Below the pieces are notes generated by a model. It worked only from the letters and a program-made list of their open reading frames with translations, ran no database searches and was not told the origin of the DNA. Below, piece after piece: positions 11,401 through 23,483 of a DNA stretch of 64,000 nucleotides (the first letter of the stretch is position 1; each line of letters begins with the position of its first letter). The stretch lies in contig CM106585.1 of the NCBI GenBank assembly GCA_048013815.1, forward strand, positions 19,530,001 through 19,594,000. The letters run 5' to 3'. The translations under genes were made by a program, and so were the position numbers. The stretch is from Setoptus koraiensis (taxonomy: Eukaryota > Animalia > Arthropoda).

Positions 11401-14400
11401 GCTAGCAAGCTCTAGCTAGCAAACTTATTATTAAGTGGACCAGAGTCCAGCTTGCTGCAACATGCAGATAGAAACTGTTTGCAATGCCTCTGCTGCCACT
11501 AATACCAACACAAACACTGGCCCCATTGAGGGCGAGCGAGCCTCTTTGTGTACGCGCCAGAAGAAACTAAGTAGAAACAGGCAATCCACGAGAGAACAAG
11601 AGAACCAGTGCCCCTCGCTCCTCTCTAATTGATGGTGATGTCTATCATTTCTATTCATTGTCCAGTCTGAACATGTCCACTCCTGTCTGGCCTGGCCTGG
11701 CTCCCGCTGATCTGCTCGCCTCTGCGGGGCTGCTACACGGTCTGGCCTGGCTAGTTGCAGCTTCGATGTAGCGGCATCGATTTTGCTCGCCCGCTCATGG
11801 ATATTGGCACTGCAACATTCTTCTCATCGCTCACTGGCAACTTGTTATATAATGAATATTGATGGTGACTCAAGTGTGTCGACGCGCGCTCCAGAGATCA
11901 ACGGTCCAGTGGCATTAGTGGTGGGCCAATCAATGTGCTGCCCCGTTGGTAATGTGTCCGCTACATAGTTAATTGCTTCTGCTGGTGGTCACAAGCTCAA
12001 CAACGGGCACGCCAATGACAGCGAACAAACAAGGCTCGGATTAAGGCAGGTGATTGAACCCAATCATGCCAGTAATGCTAGATAAGTCAAGCAAATAATC
12101 TAGCAGTCTCGCAGCAAGCAAGACAAATTCTCGGAATGGCCGGTGCGGCCTCTCTTGAATCCCGCACTCTATTTGTGTTGTCGTAATGATAACCTCGCTA
12201 ACGAGCACCAACAAATGTTTCAATAATTCTATTGTCCCTTGTCAGTCCTTCAATTTAATCCGTGTGACCATCATCACTCAACAAGCAGCGAAATTTATGA
12301 TTCAGCTCTAACGCGCCAGCCCAGTCCCGGGCTCATCGAATATACCATCAACAACAGCATCGAAATATATATATAGTTATAAATATAAATGCTGGAATTA
12401 TTTGTGCAACGTTCGCAACGCAAATACAAACATATACAACGGTGGCCCATGCATGGGAGGTCCAAGTCTTTAGGTGGCGATGGGTGCGACATTGCAGACC
12501 CAAACTAGATTCATCCGGGCCCCCAATGCTGAATGGTCTTCATGCGTAAACCTATTCTTGCGTATGATGTCTCACACGTAGTGTGTTGCCCATGATCAGA
12601 GAAGCAACCCATTCAATGATGGCATAGGCAAAGGTTCTTGCGAATCCCTCACAGTTCGCCAGCAGTTCTCTCGAAGAAGCCATCAATGTTAGCCATTAAG
12701 CAACCACGAGTAGAGCGCGCTCAAACTATTGTTGTTGTTGTCGTTGTTATCATACTACAGTATAACTGATTTAATTTCTAATGGCTGGCGCCAACACAGC
12801 AAACGCAACAAAGACCCTCCACGCCAGTATTCAACATGATTCTCTATAGGCATTTGATGAGGGCCAGCCCCTCGATGTTCTCTATCAGCTAGAGATGATT
12901 CCACTGAAATATACGCCAGACAGTTGGATAAATAGTATGCTTGTTTAAGTGCTAGTAGTTAGTTAGTAGGGTAATAGATTGTCAGACATATATAATCAGA
13001 GGCCCTCGGATATAATTGCTAATGGCGGTGCACATTTCTAATGCGATGCACTACTTGTGTAAGCAAGTAGCTGATTCATGCAAAGATAACATCGATAATA
13101 TCCAGCCTCATCATCTGAGCGAATGGTTGTTTGTTTACCATGTGGAACATTATTATTGATTTGGCCCCATAAACGAATGCATAGTAACTACAAAAAAAAA
13201 ACGAATCAATATTGTCCCACTTAATGTGTACGGGTGTGTTGGTAGGGCTAATAGAATATAATACATACTATCAAGCTAATTCTGTCTGTTTGAAAGCAAT
13301 GCTTGTGCTCGTGATTAGTTTGCAGTCAAGGCAACCGATTTAGTTTGCGTGCCGTATCCTATTTTAGTACAAATGCTAATCATTAGTTTCGCTTAGCGCT
13401 GTGTAAATTGAGCACCCTCATTTCTGTTGATAATAAGTCACGTTTCATACTATCAGGCGGCTGGTAAGAAGCCGCTTAATTGCAGATCCTTTCCTCACTG
13501 GTCAGATCAGTTGCTACTAACTAGAGATCACTATCTACACGTGATTAAGTGGAGATCGCGTCAAGCGGTGTGATTGTACAGATCAATGGCCTCCTAACTA
13601 ACTTGGCCGTCTGATGAACTCCTCGATTGTGTTTGTCGTAGCTGGTACAACTAAAATAGATTGTATTTTAATTCTACCCTGATTGAGCTTTATTATTGCA
13701 AACTCATTTGTCACAATGTTATCACAAACAGCTAGCAATGAAAACAAGTAACATAGTATCACACGATTTGCTGTTTGTATGAGTGCGATTGTCTGGTTGT
13801 TGTTGCTGTTGGTTGGGCTTCGATGTGGTGGCTAATGACGGTTGTCACATCCCTGTACCCTTTATTATTATGCACTGTACGTGTCAAGGGAATGCCTTCC
13901 TCTGGCTCCTCTTGCTTATTGATCATGTCCCGTCGGCCCCTCGTTGGTACCAGTAGACACAAACACACATTGTGTCTCACACAAACAGACACATGTGACA
14001 CAATAAAATCATGAATGCTATTTTGGCACTTACAAGCGCCACCAACTGGCAAGCTAGTTGTTGGCGGTATTCCATTAGTGGAAATTTCGTGGAAGTGAGC
14101 CCTTTATTTCAGTTTGGTGTGCATGCCTGGCTGTCTATCTACATACGTTAGTGGCGTGAACCAATATAAAGGCTGTCGTCTGTTTGTCGTCTGGAACTAT
14201 TGCGAATGGATAAATTTGAATTGGCAAGAATTGAATTGGCACGAGCTGAATTGAATTGAATTGATATGAAATGAATGAATGTAAGTGGCGCCATATTGTT
14301 GCTGGTGTAAGTAGTTGACGGGCATAGGATAGCCGGCAAATTGCATAACAAAGGTTATTATTAATATTGTTACACAAGGCGACTGGCAGAGCCGTCATTC

Positions 14401-15370
14401 GCTGATGAATTGGCGAACGTTGGCCATAATTCAATTCGCACACTCACACATACACAAAGAGTATTTGAGTAGCCGAGTTAGTGCAGATGAGCCGACAGAT
14501 ATTTGCTGCTTGTCAGTGTGTTTTTTCCATCATTATTGTTATTATCATTTCCTATTATCCGTCTGTCATCTTTTCGCTGACACCGAGGCCGCCCGACGAA
14601 CGCACCGAAAAGAAGCGAGACGAGATGCGCCGAAGGGCGCACGGTTCGCGTATTGCCGTTCGCGGTGCAGGCCTCCTCCGTGATTATGGCGGCCTGTTGG
14701 CCTGTTGGCGGACACGTTGTTTATGAGTTTGTGCATAAATCTACCTTTGCTACTTTTCCAAATTAGCCCCCCTTATCTGGCCCGTGTTTCTGGCGCGTGC
14801 TGGGATGCCGAGGCAGTTATATTACAGTAAATAGGAGGACAAATGATCATTTTTACGAGGCAAACACATTGGCCGCTTGCACCGTGTGTACGGATCTATA
14901 AAAGCGAAAAGTAAAAAACGTTTATTGCTCACACACATACCCAGTGATAGTGTGCATGCTGTGCGATAGAGACGCCATATTAGAGGCGCTATTTTGGGCA
15001 CTGTGTGTGCCGGCGAGTGTGTTGCCGGCTCATTATCGTGTGCGGCCATGGCACGCATATAGGGCATAGGCATCCATTGTGTGTGTGTGATGGTGCGCGG
15101 CGCGGCGCGCACAGACGAGCGAACAAACGCGCGACCGGCGAGAGCATGGACGCAAATTTGGCGCAATATTCTCGAATGCGAATGGAATTTGATTATGATG
15201 ATTCCATTAGTTGCGCTTTTTATTTGTGTGTGTGTCTGTTCTAAATTGAGCAGCTTGTGCCAGCGTTCGTTTGCTAGAGCCTCGAGTGATAACTGCACCC
15301 TGCACCAGAGTCTGCTTGTGTCGCGGCTGCACCGGATCATTCCGCTACGCCGACATAACGCGCGCAACAG

Positions 15371-15440
15371 AACCGGTGCAGCACAACTGGTGCGGCGGAA
15401 CTGGTGCAGCGGAACCGGTGCGACACAAGTGGTGCAACCG
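15371..15440. repeat. 14-bp minisatellite, 5 degenerate copies (AAC[C/T]GGTGCAGC[AC/GG])
   Basis: Units: aaccggtgcagcac / aactggtgcggcgg / aactggtgcagcgg / aaccggtgcgacac / aagtggtgcaaccg. Confidence 0.85.
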
Positions 15441-18400
15441 AAGTGTTTGTGTGGAACAGAGGGGTTACGCATCGCTGCAACCGGCGTCAACTCTACACGC
15501 CCGCACGTGTATAAAAACGGCGCATGCAAGGGGCCCCAACAGCCCGTATCATTATTATCATTATTACTATTATTGTCATTATTATATCATGCTCATGTAT
15601 AACTGGATCATGCACTGGCATCATGCACTGACATCATGCGGCCGCTGCGTGCGCCTCGAATTTATGATTGAATGTTTGAAAGTTTAAAGTGAATTAGTCG
15701 CTCAAATAATGGACGCCACAGGCAATAACGGGGGACCCATCCGGCCAACTCTTTGTCTTCAACACAATACACTTATTTGGGCCTGATTCCGGTTCGCCGA
15801 TCTATCTGGCTGCAACGACGGCAACAGGGGCCGCGCGCAAGACCGCAAGGCAACACACAAAACAACAACAACAACAAACAAGTAATTTAATGCCACGACA
15901 TGCTGCTTGTCCGGAGGCCATGATAGAGCTGACCCAAAACATGTCAACTACTAACTAGCGGCACACATATCGTGTTAGTGTCACCATTAATTGTAACTTA
16001 ATACGCCATTATCAAGTTTACAAAGACCCTGGCGTCGTTTATTCGAAACTATGCACCGTCGAGCTATGGTGCCATGGTCACAATATCAGCGCCAATGTCA
16101 ACAGCAAGCGTATTTGTGTAAAGAGCTAAATATATTAACAACAGGCATGCACGACCGCTTCAAAGAATAATTACATCGACACAATAAACAGGGTAACTAA
16201 TGGATTTATATCATCATCAAGGGGGTACTACAATACAACTCAACACGACGCAATATACATATCAAACTTGCCTTAGGCCGTGCCTAGCCAAACGCCCACA
16301 TACTACCTAGCCGCACTTGGGTGACATAAAGATCAAATGCACAACAACATGGAGCGGACAAGCCACGGTCATTATAAATGTGTGTGCACTGAAATCATCA
16401 GCCACCACCATCGGCCTTTGTTTGGCCAACATACAATACACACGACCATTAAACTGTTGACCAAGTTGGTGTAAGCCGTTCCAAGTTGCTGTTGCTTGTG
16501 ATCAATGGTCAGCCCACAGATATCTCATTAGCGACGGGCTTCACGGCGATAGATAAAACAAAGACAAGGAGAAAACACGCACTAACACGCGCACAGTCCT
16601 AATAGGTGGAAAATGTTGTTCATTCTGTATTTGGTGTCTTCGGCAACTTTGAATCATTTCCAACACTACACTCACTTGAGACCATAATAAATGAATGGGC
16701 GACAAATGATATCTAATGAGTTGTATGAATGGCTCCAAGTAAACGGCTCGCTAAGCGAAATAACAGCAACAGCAGCAACAACAACAACTAACACCAACCG
16801 GTCGCCTACCCGACCAACTGGTAGTGAGCCAAGTCGGATCTAGGCTCAAAACAATAAAAGCCATCATAATTTACGCATGACTTTACGTGTCATCATTTGA
16901 ATCACCAGACTAGGGTAAGGCCACTCGTGAGCTTTATCGAATTGCGCAAACTCCAGCGCAGCCAGATAGATCTCAACCGAAAGATAGCTCCTTATCTAAA
17001 TGGTTATGTTGGCCAAAATGACAACGAGCCAACTCAACAATACGGAAGGATAATAGCGAGTAATGATTAAAATAACCAAGCATAAACGTTGTGTATGTCC
17101 CCAGTTTGGGCAACTTGCTTTTGGTCGTTTGTGATAATATTCATGGCTGATGAGGGATCTAATGGATATCGTGTGCAAATCTTGCTTCTTCTTTATTGCA
17201 ACTCACTTTCTTCCACTATTTATCAATCGTATGAGGGCCAAAGAAACTGTGGACCACTTGTGACGCCTACACGTCACAACTAACGCAACACTTGCCATTA
17301 ATTGTGTGAAAGTGTCCACTGGGATGAGTTAGATAGCGGCGCAAGAGAGGGAGAGAGAGAGAGAAATTTCGCCCTTGCCGGAAGCACGCGAATAACACGT
17401 TAACATATCCGGATCTTGCAATAATACTCAAACAATAGCACACAACTCTTGGGAGTGTATGATAAGAATGGGCTTGTAAAGAGATACTCGTCATTTTGTC
17501 TGGTATATAGTTGCCATCTATAACACTTTTCTAACAAGTGTGCTGGAAACGAAGAACATCCCTAGACAACTGAACGCAGACGATTCTTTAATCAATGGTT
17601 GCTTGCCTCAAGCCATTCTTATCCCCAACGAAATCCACTTAAATATCTGCGAGCTTGCTGACAGCTTCTCGCCATTAGCCATTTGCGCTCCAATATATCA
17701 ATAATTTCATCTATTAGCCTTAAGGGGCAAGTTCTCGATCTTTAATATATAGATGGTCCAATTCTACTTCGTAGAGGCGAAAATGAACTGATAGATACGC
17801 ATTCAACTGATGTCACCTATATGTCAATAGAGCATCCAGGTCACGAGTAGATTTTCCCGAACGCAACATCAGCGCGATAGATTAACCAAGTTTATGGTTT
17901 CCTCTGTGCAGGGCGAACTATGCTTAAGATTGTCGTGTCATGGCAAATCGAATAGGCAATCTAAATGCCCAATCTAGAGCCAGCTCGAGGCTGAAATATT
18001 CTCTTTGGGACTATCATAACACAAATTGTGGATAATGTAAAAGATCAGATAAGACTCTTCTTAATCCCGGAGATTAAACGGGCACACACACACACACACA
18101 ACAGATAAACCGTCTCTTGTCAGAATGTGATGCAATAACTACTTTTTTACCAATACATAGCTTAACGTATCATGAATTTTAAGCAGGATATTCAATCATC
18201 TGGAATGTGTTGATTTGAAGCTGTTATATCTAATGCGTGTTTTACTATTCTACACATGGTGGCAGTATAAGTTGCACAAAGCATTACTTCAGAATATATC
18301 CGGTGTGTTGGGTTTTATAATAAAACATTTCATTTTGAACATTTCAATTCGAGTCGTTTCGTGCTGACATTGCAAAAGCGACGATAATAAATGTCGCAAG

Positions 18401-18724
18401 ACCTATTATCATGATTACAATCGTATTCGTTTGTCGCTTTCCACCCAGACTGTCGTAAGTTGACGCCAGCTTCAGATGAAAAAAAAGCGAATCAAGAACG
18501 AGATTGTGTGTTGATTGCGAGCAGAGGTTATAATTATGTAATGACTCCCATGGAAGTAGCAAATTTTATTGATTTGAGGATCGTACAAACAGTGTCTATT
18601 GAGGTCTCAACAATGAACCTGTGTCTCCTATATTGATTTCCTCATGTGAAGAGAATCGAAATAGCTTGTTACACATGGGTCGACATTAGTTGATATTCAA
18701 TTAATTTGTTTCAGCAGACAAAAC

Positions 18725-19105
18725 TCAACGTCTGATCCATGCGGCTAAAGCTGGTGCGGCAAGAATTGGTCGTGGGGCCAAAACTGGCGCTAAATTAGGT
18801 TTGGTTATAATGGTGATTGAAGGAAGCAGGAATTGATTAGTTTTTGTTTTGTTTTGTTTTTTTTGCAACTTTGTTACCTCTATATTTGATTATTCAAATG
18901 AGCTGAATAATTATGAATAATTACCTGCTACTACAGCTGGGGCAGTGTTGTAAACTCTTCCTGTTAGGGCCGATGAGTATTGGCCGGTGTAGTGATCGAA
19001 GTAACCGCCGGTGATATCATGGGTACCTGAGATTGGCAATAATTGAGCTACGGCACATCCAACGAGGGCAGCCAAGAGTATGCACATGATGATTTTCGAT
19101 GCCAT
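18725..19105 (-). CDS. Small secreted cuticle-type peptide (81 aa, 2 exons)
   Basis: Exon 1 19105-18925 (signal peptide MASKIIMCILLAALVGCAVA, then G/Y-rich). GTAATT donor; CTAAT branch point and TAG acceptor. Exon 2 18789-18725 gives in-frame APVLAPRPILAAPALAAWIRR*. TATA box upstream. AAP/APV motifs are typical of arthropod cuticular proteins. Confidence 0.75.
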
Positions 19106-19219
19106 TTTAGATTTTGTTTGTTTGTTTGGGTTTGTTGTGGGTTTGAGTTAATTGAATTGTTGTTGTTGTTGATAAGATTGTTGATTGCGAATGTGATACA
19201 AGAAGAAGCGAAAGCATTC

Positions 19220-19227
19220 TTTTTATA
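19220..19227 (-). promoter_or_regulatory. TATA box of the small secreted peptide gene
   Basis: TATAAAAA on the minus strand, ~115 bp upstream of the ATG at 19105. Confidence 0.55.
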
Positions 19228-22200
19228 CTATCTGGGAGTCGCCTGAGTGCGACCAATATTAGAATGTCGGGCTGGCCTCACACAGAGCTTTTAAAGGCAC
19301 TGTAGTTTCATGTTGTACAATATAGTGATAGGCTAATTATCATGCTATCTAGGCGGGCTTTCGATGTTGTATGAAGCTTACTGGTGTTGATGGTGGTGGC
19401 GAACGCAAAGGTAGTTGGGTGAATAGATAAACCGACAGTGGAAGTGAAATAGCTGATCGTGAAGAGTTGCGTGTAATAGATAAACGGCAGCGTTAGAGAA
19501 AAAGATCTGTCTGGTAAAAATTAATTGCTGCCAATCATGATTGATGATCATGCAAATAACAAGTGTTAGCAAGAGAACATTTGTTAGCTCGGCTCACGTA
19601 GAGTAGAATAATCACTTTATCTTAGCTTGTTTATATCAATGTTGTTTTCTCCACTTAAGCCTTGAGTGGTGATCATGAATTCTTGCCTGGCTGCCTGTTT
19701 GCCTGATAACTTGGCAAATTGCCTGCCACGAGTAGTTAGCATTAACTATTCACGTGACTCTAATGGCTCGTGTGACGCGTGTCTGATCAACACGATTTAT
19801 ATTGTTCCCCAATCAAAACCACGTGCGCTTGTTGGGCTGTAATAGAAGTCTCAGTTTTGAAGGTGGCTCCTGGGAACGTTTGCCTTCTTCACGTGCTAAA
19901 TTTTCATATAATTATTATTCTTTATACAATGGCTACCTGTTTGTTGGCAGATAGTTCTTAGGCTGACGAACAATGACTCGGCAACAACTCATAGACGTAA
20001 GCAAATCGAGTCAACAACTAACGAGAACAAACTTAACATAACATCTCGATATCGTTATCCAGCAACTCCAATGTGAAAACATGTTTTGTTGTCGTTAATT
20101 CTCACAGTTCTGGCTACATGTTCTCTAACACACAACAGAATAAAATCAGTAGGTTATGAGTGCAATATCAAGATGTGTGTAGATGCCTGCAAGTTGAATG
20201 TTGTCGAAGGATGACAGCCTACCACACTACAGATGAATTTAAATACAATTTATTCGTAATTTTAGCCAACTTTTTGGCATATTAAATTCTTTAAATGTTT
20301 GAAATTTATTCCCGCTTGTAACGAATGGAATATCATCGAGCGCTAGCGCATTGTTTGCAAATCACTGCCATCGTTTAGCCGTTGAGATAGCTGCAACGAT
20401 CAAATAGTTAATGGTAACGGTTATTTTTTCGTCTTCGCCGTTCAACATCATCGTATAAAGATCATTAACTTTCCATCTCGCCAGCAGACACTGACAAGCT
20501 GTTACAAATCAATAGTTGCCGTTGCCAACTAATCAGGCGCCCTGCAAGTATTGCCGTTGGTCAGAGGTGGATACAAAGAGTCTGATGTGGAAGCTTGTGA
20601 TACAAAGTTCAACCCAGTCTGGCGTGCTCGCTCTTTCGCATTCAGGCACGTTTATTGTCTGGCGATAAAAATTTTTATCATCATTATCAGATCACGCTCA
20701 AATTAATCTCACTTCCGATAGCAGCAGAAATCTCTGTTTGTCAGGCACCGACAAATTCTCTCTCTCTCTCTCTTTCCGCCATTACTTGGAGGCTTGCAGA
20801 GTTTACACAGAGATAACAAAGAGTTAGAAATAGTTGCTGTCATTCAGACAGCGAAGCAACCCAAGCTCTGTGTCGTGTCACTGCCAAAATAGTGGCGAGC
20901 TTTCTATTTCTAGAGACACGAACACGCTGAGATTATATACCAATCATGGCAAGATAAGTTAACAAGTGAGACACACAGACACTAGGCTCGTACTAACCAA
21001 ACAGGCCAGGTAAAACAACAATATACTTTCATCACGGCCAGCACGAGCCAGCACATACCGTCATCGGATTTTGCTGTCTCGATGTGTCTCGTTTTCTCCA
21101 TCTAGTTGGTGGTGTGATTAACGGTCATTTGTCAGAATCATGTGTGCCGGCGGGCAAAAAACAATGCAAGGGAACGCGTGCGCGCTGATTTATTCTTTGG
21201 GCCTCAGAGAGCGAAAAAACAACAATAACAACAACAACAACAAATTCTTTATTCTTTTTACAGTTGAAAATTAATGCCCCCACTATTGTCGCACTATCAC
21301 TATAACTCACCGTCTGTTGGCAACCTTTGCAAACATCGCCAGACAAGCTGAGGCAAACGCTTTCAACATAGTTTCTGGCAACTCCAGTCTTTTCTCACTG
21401 TTGTGTGGCCACCAACGCCGCCAGTTGCCGAGGACAGCAGTTGAAATTGTCTTCTATTCTTTATGGTGTTTAAAAGCTATTAAGGGCAAGCTTCAGTTTA
21501 TTCTCTTGCACACAACGACGAAGCCATTGACATACAAATGGAGATACAACATGGCGAACCTTTTCTTTTTGTCTAGATCATCTTGGCAGCTGTTGTTGGA
21601 TTGGCTCAATGTTTAACAAGGACGCCAGTAAAGTTTTCTCAGTTGGAATAGTTGCCACATCGCACTTGGCAGCACAGTGCCAACCAGAGAAACAATGGTC
21701 ACAACACAAAAGTGAAAAATATCAAAACGATGATCCTCATCGTGTTGTTCGCTTTCTTTGGCCCCAACCCAAATCGCTGCTTGCGTCGGATAATTCATGC
21801 AAAAGCAATATCTGGGCCAATATTTAGTTACTACTGGCGCTCTGTTTGCCAACAAATGACCAAGCACTCAGAAGCTGCCACTAAATCGCCACTCATCATA
21901 CTTGTGCCAACCATGGGCAGACTCTTGTTTGTTCACACCAAAAGCTGGACTTGATGATGTCCGATGGGGCTAGAACGCAGTTGTGTTGTTTTTTTAACAT
22001 AAAACGATATCTTATTCTTCCAAACGAAATCAACGGCGAACATATCTATCCGGGCCCATGGTGTTGCCATCCTGTTTGCACATCCTTTGCTTTACACACT
22101 GTTTCAGAGTGCTACCAAGTGTAAGATGACTGTTCTTCGGAGCTTCGATTGTTCTTTGCTAGTATGAGTGTAGTCGTTTGTTTACTAGACACTAAATAAA

Positions 22201-23483
22201 CACATAACATAACAAGCTCAGACAACATGTCCCACTAGAATTAGATCTTAGATCTTCTGAGAATTAGATATCGCGAGAAAAAGAATAGCTTAATCAGCCG
22301 ACATTAAAACTATGGCCAATAGGCGATATAGCTCCAAAATTAGGGCCATAAAAAGAAACGTGGCCTCTGTTTCGTGGGGCCCCAATTTCATGGGCGCATT
22401 AATGGTGAGACAAAAAGATGCGACGCACACAAACACTAACAAGGCCCTCAGTGATCTTAGACAACTGGCAATGAAGACTGTCCCATCGGTCATCTCTTGT
22501 TTACGGTCAGGGTCATAAGTAAACATTAGTTTTATTTGTGCATCTAATTGTGACACAAGCCACGAATTAGACCAAATAGAGTGACCAAGAGCAAAAGATC
22601 ATTTCCTGCTTAATTGAAGATACAGATATAGCACCAGCTTGATGTTGTCCATATATAGTTCCGCATTTTCGTGTAACTCAATCTGCACAATGTTAATGGG
22701 TCGCGGTTGTCTGGCTACAACTATTATTCAAATGCTCAGATGGTCAAAACCGACCATGCGTGACACATGTCGATCGGGGGCCCGTCTTTATCAATACGTA
22801 TATGTAGTCGTACAGCCATGCTTCAGGTACGGTATTAATGCATATCGCACAGAAAGATGATGCATGTGTCTGGCCGAGCTTCCTTGTATCGCTTTATATC
22901 TTTGCCATCTTTACTGTCTTACTCTTGGATCATTATTTATCTTGCAATAAATGACGCAACTAGATCCGACCATGATCCTGGGGAATCCAACTGATGGCGT
23001 ACACGTGCAGTCTAGACTATGAGGTAAATAGATTTGGATCAAGCGAATCGTGCACCTAGATTGATATTAAATGTCATGCAAATGTGTGTCGATAGTAATA
23101 ATAAGCGTCACGCTGAATCAATATCGTGACCCAGTGCCACTGTACCTGCTACTTCCTCCTAATGTGGTAAGGATGAGCAGCATAGATATACTAATAATTC
23201 AATAGTATATACTATTTGCCTACTATAGAGTCGAGAAATGACTACACTAAAGACCAATTCTTTGTAACACTCATAGCTTGTTGTTTCGGATGAGCGCCCA
23301 AGATATTGTCGCAAGGTAACTTGCTCGCTGAGTGCTGTCCAATCTGCTCTTGTTCGAAGTTTGTTGCAAAGTTAATCAATTGTTCGACCAAGGTGCAAAC
23401 TTAAACCAATCATCTTGATTGCTGATTGGTTACATTACATTGGATATTGTGCAACGCAATATGAAAAAGACTAACTGAAAATC

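Noticed and set aside
6524-17494. Dozens of 60-170 aa ORFs in the gene-poor region
   Set aside because: Most use non-ATG starts, run over microsatellites or GC-rich DNA, overlap on both strands and show no recognisable domain.
22639-22960. Short hydrophobic ORF fragments with faint resemblance to the GR-like gene (TTIIQMLRWS vs VTIQCLRGLS)
   Set aside because: Similarity is too short to distinguish from chance; a tBLASTn with the 23484 protein would be needed to call a pseudogene.
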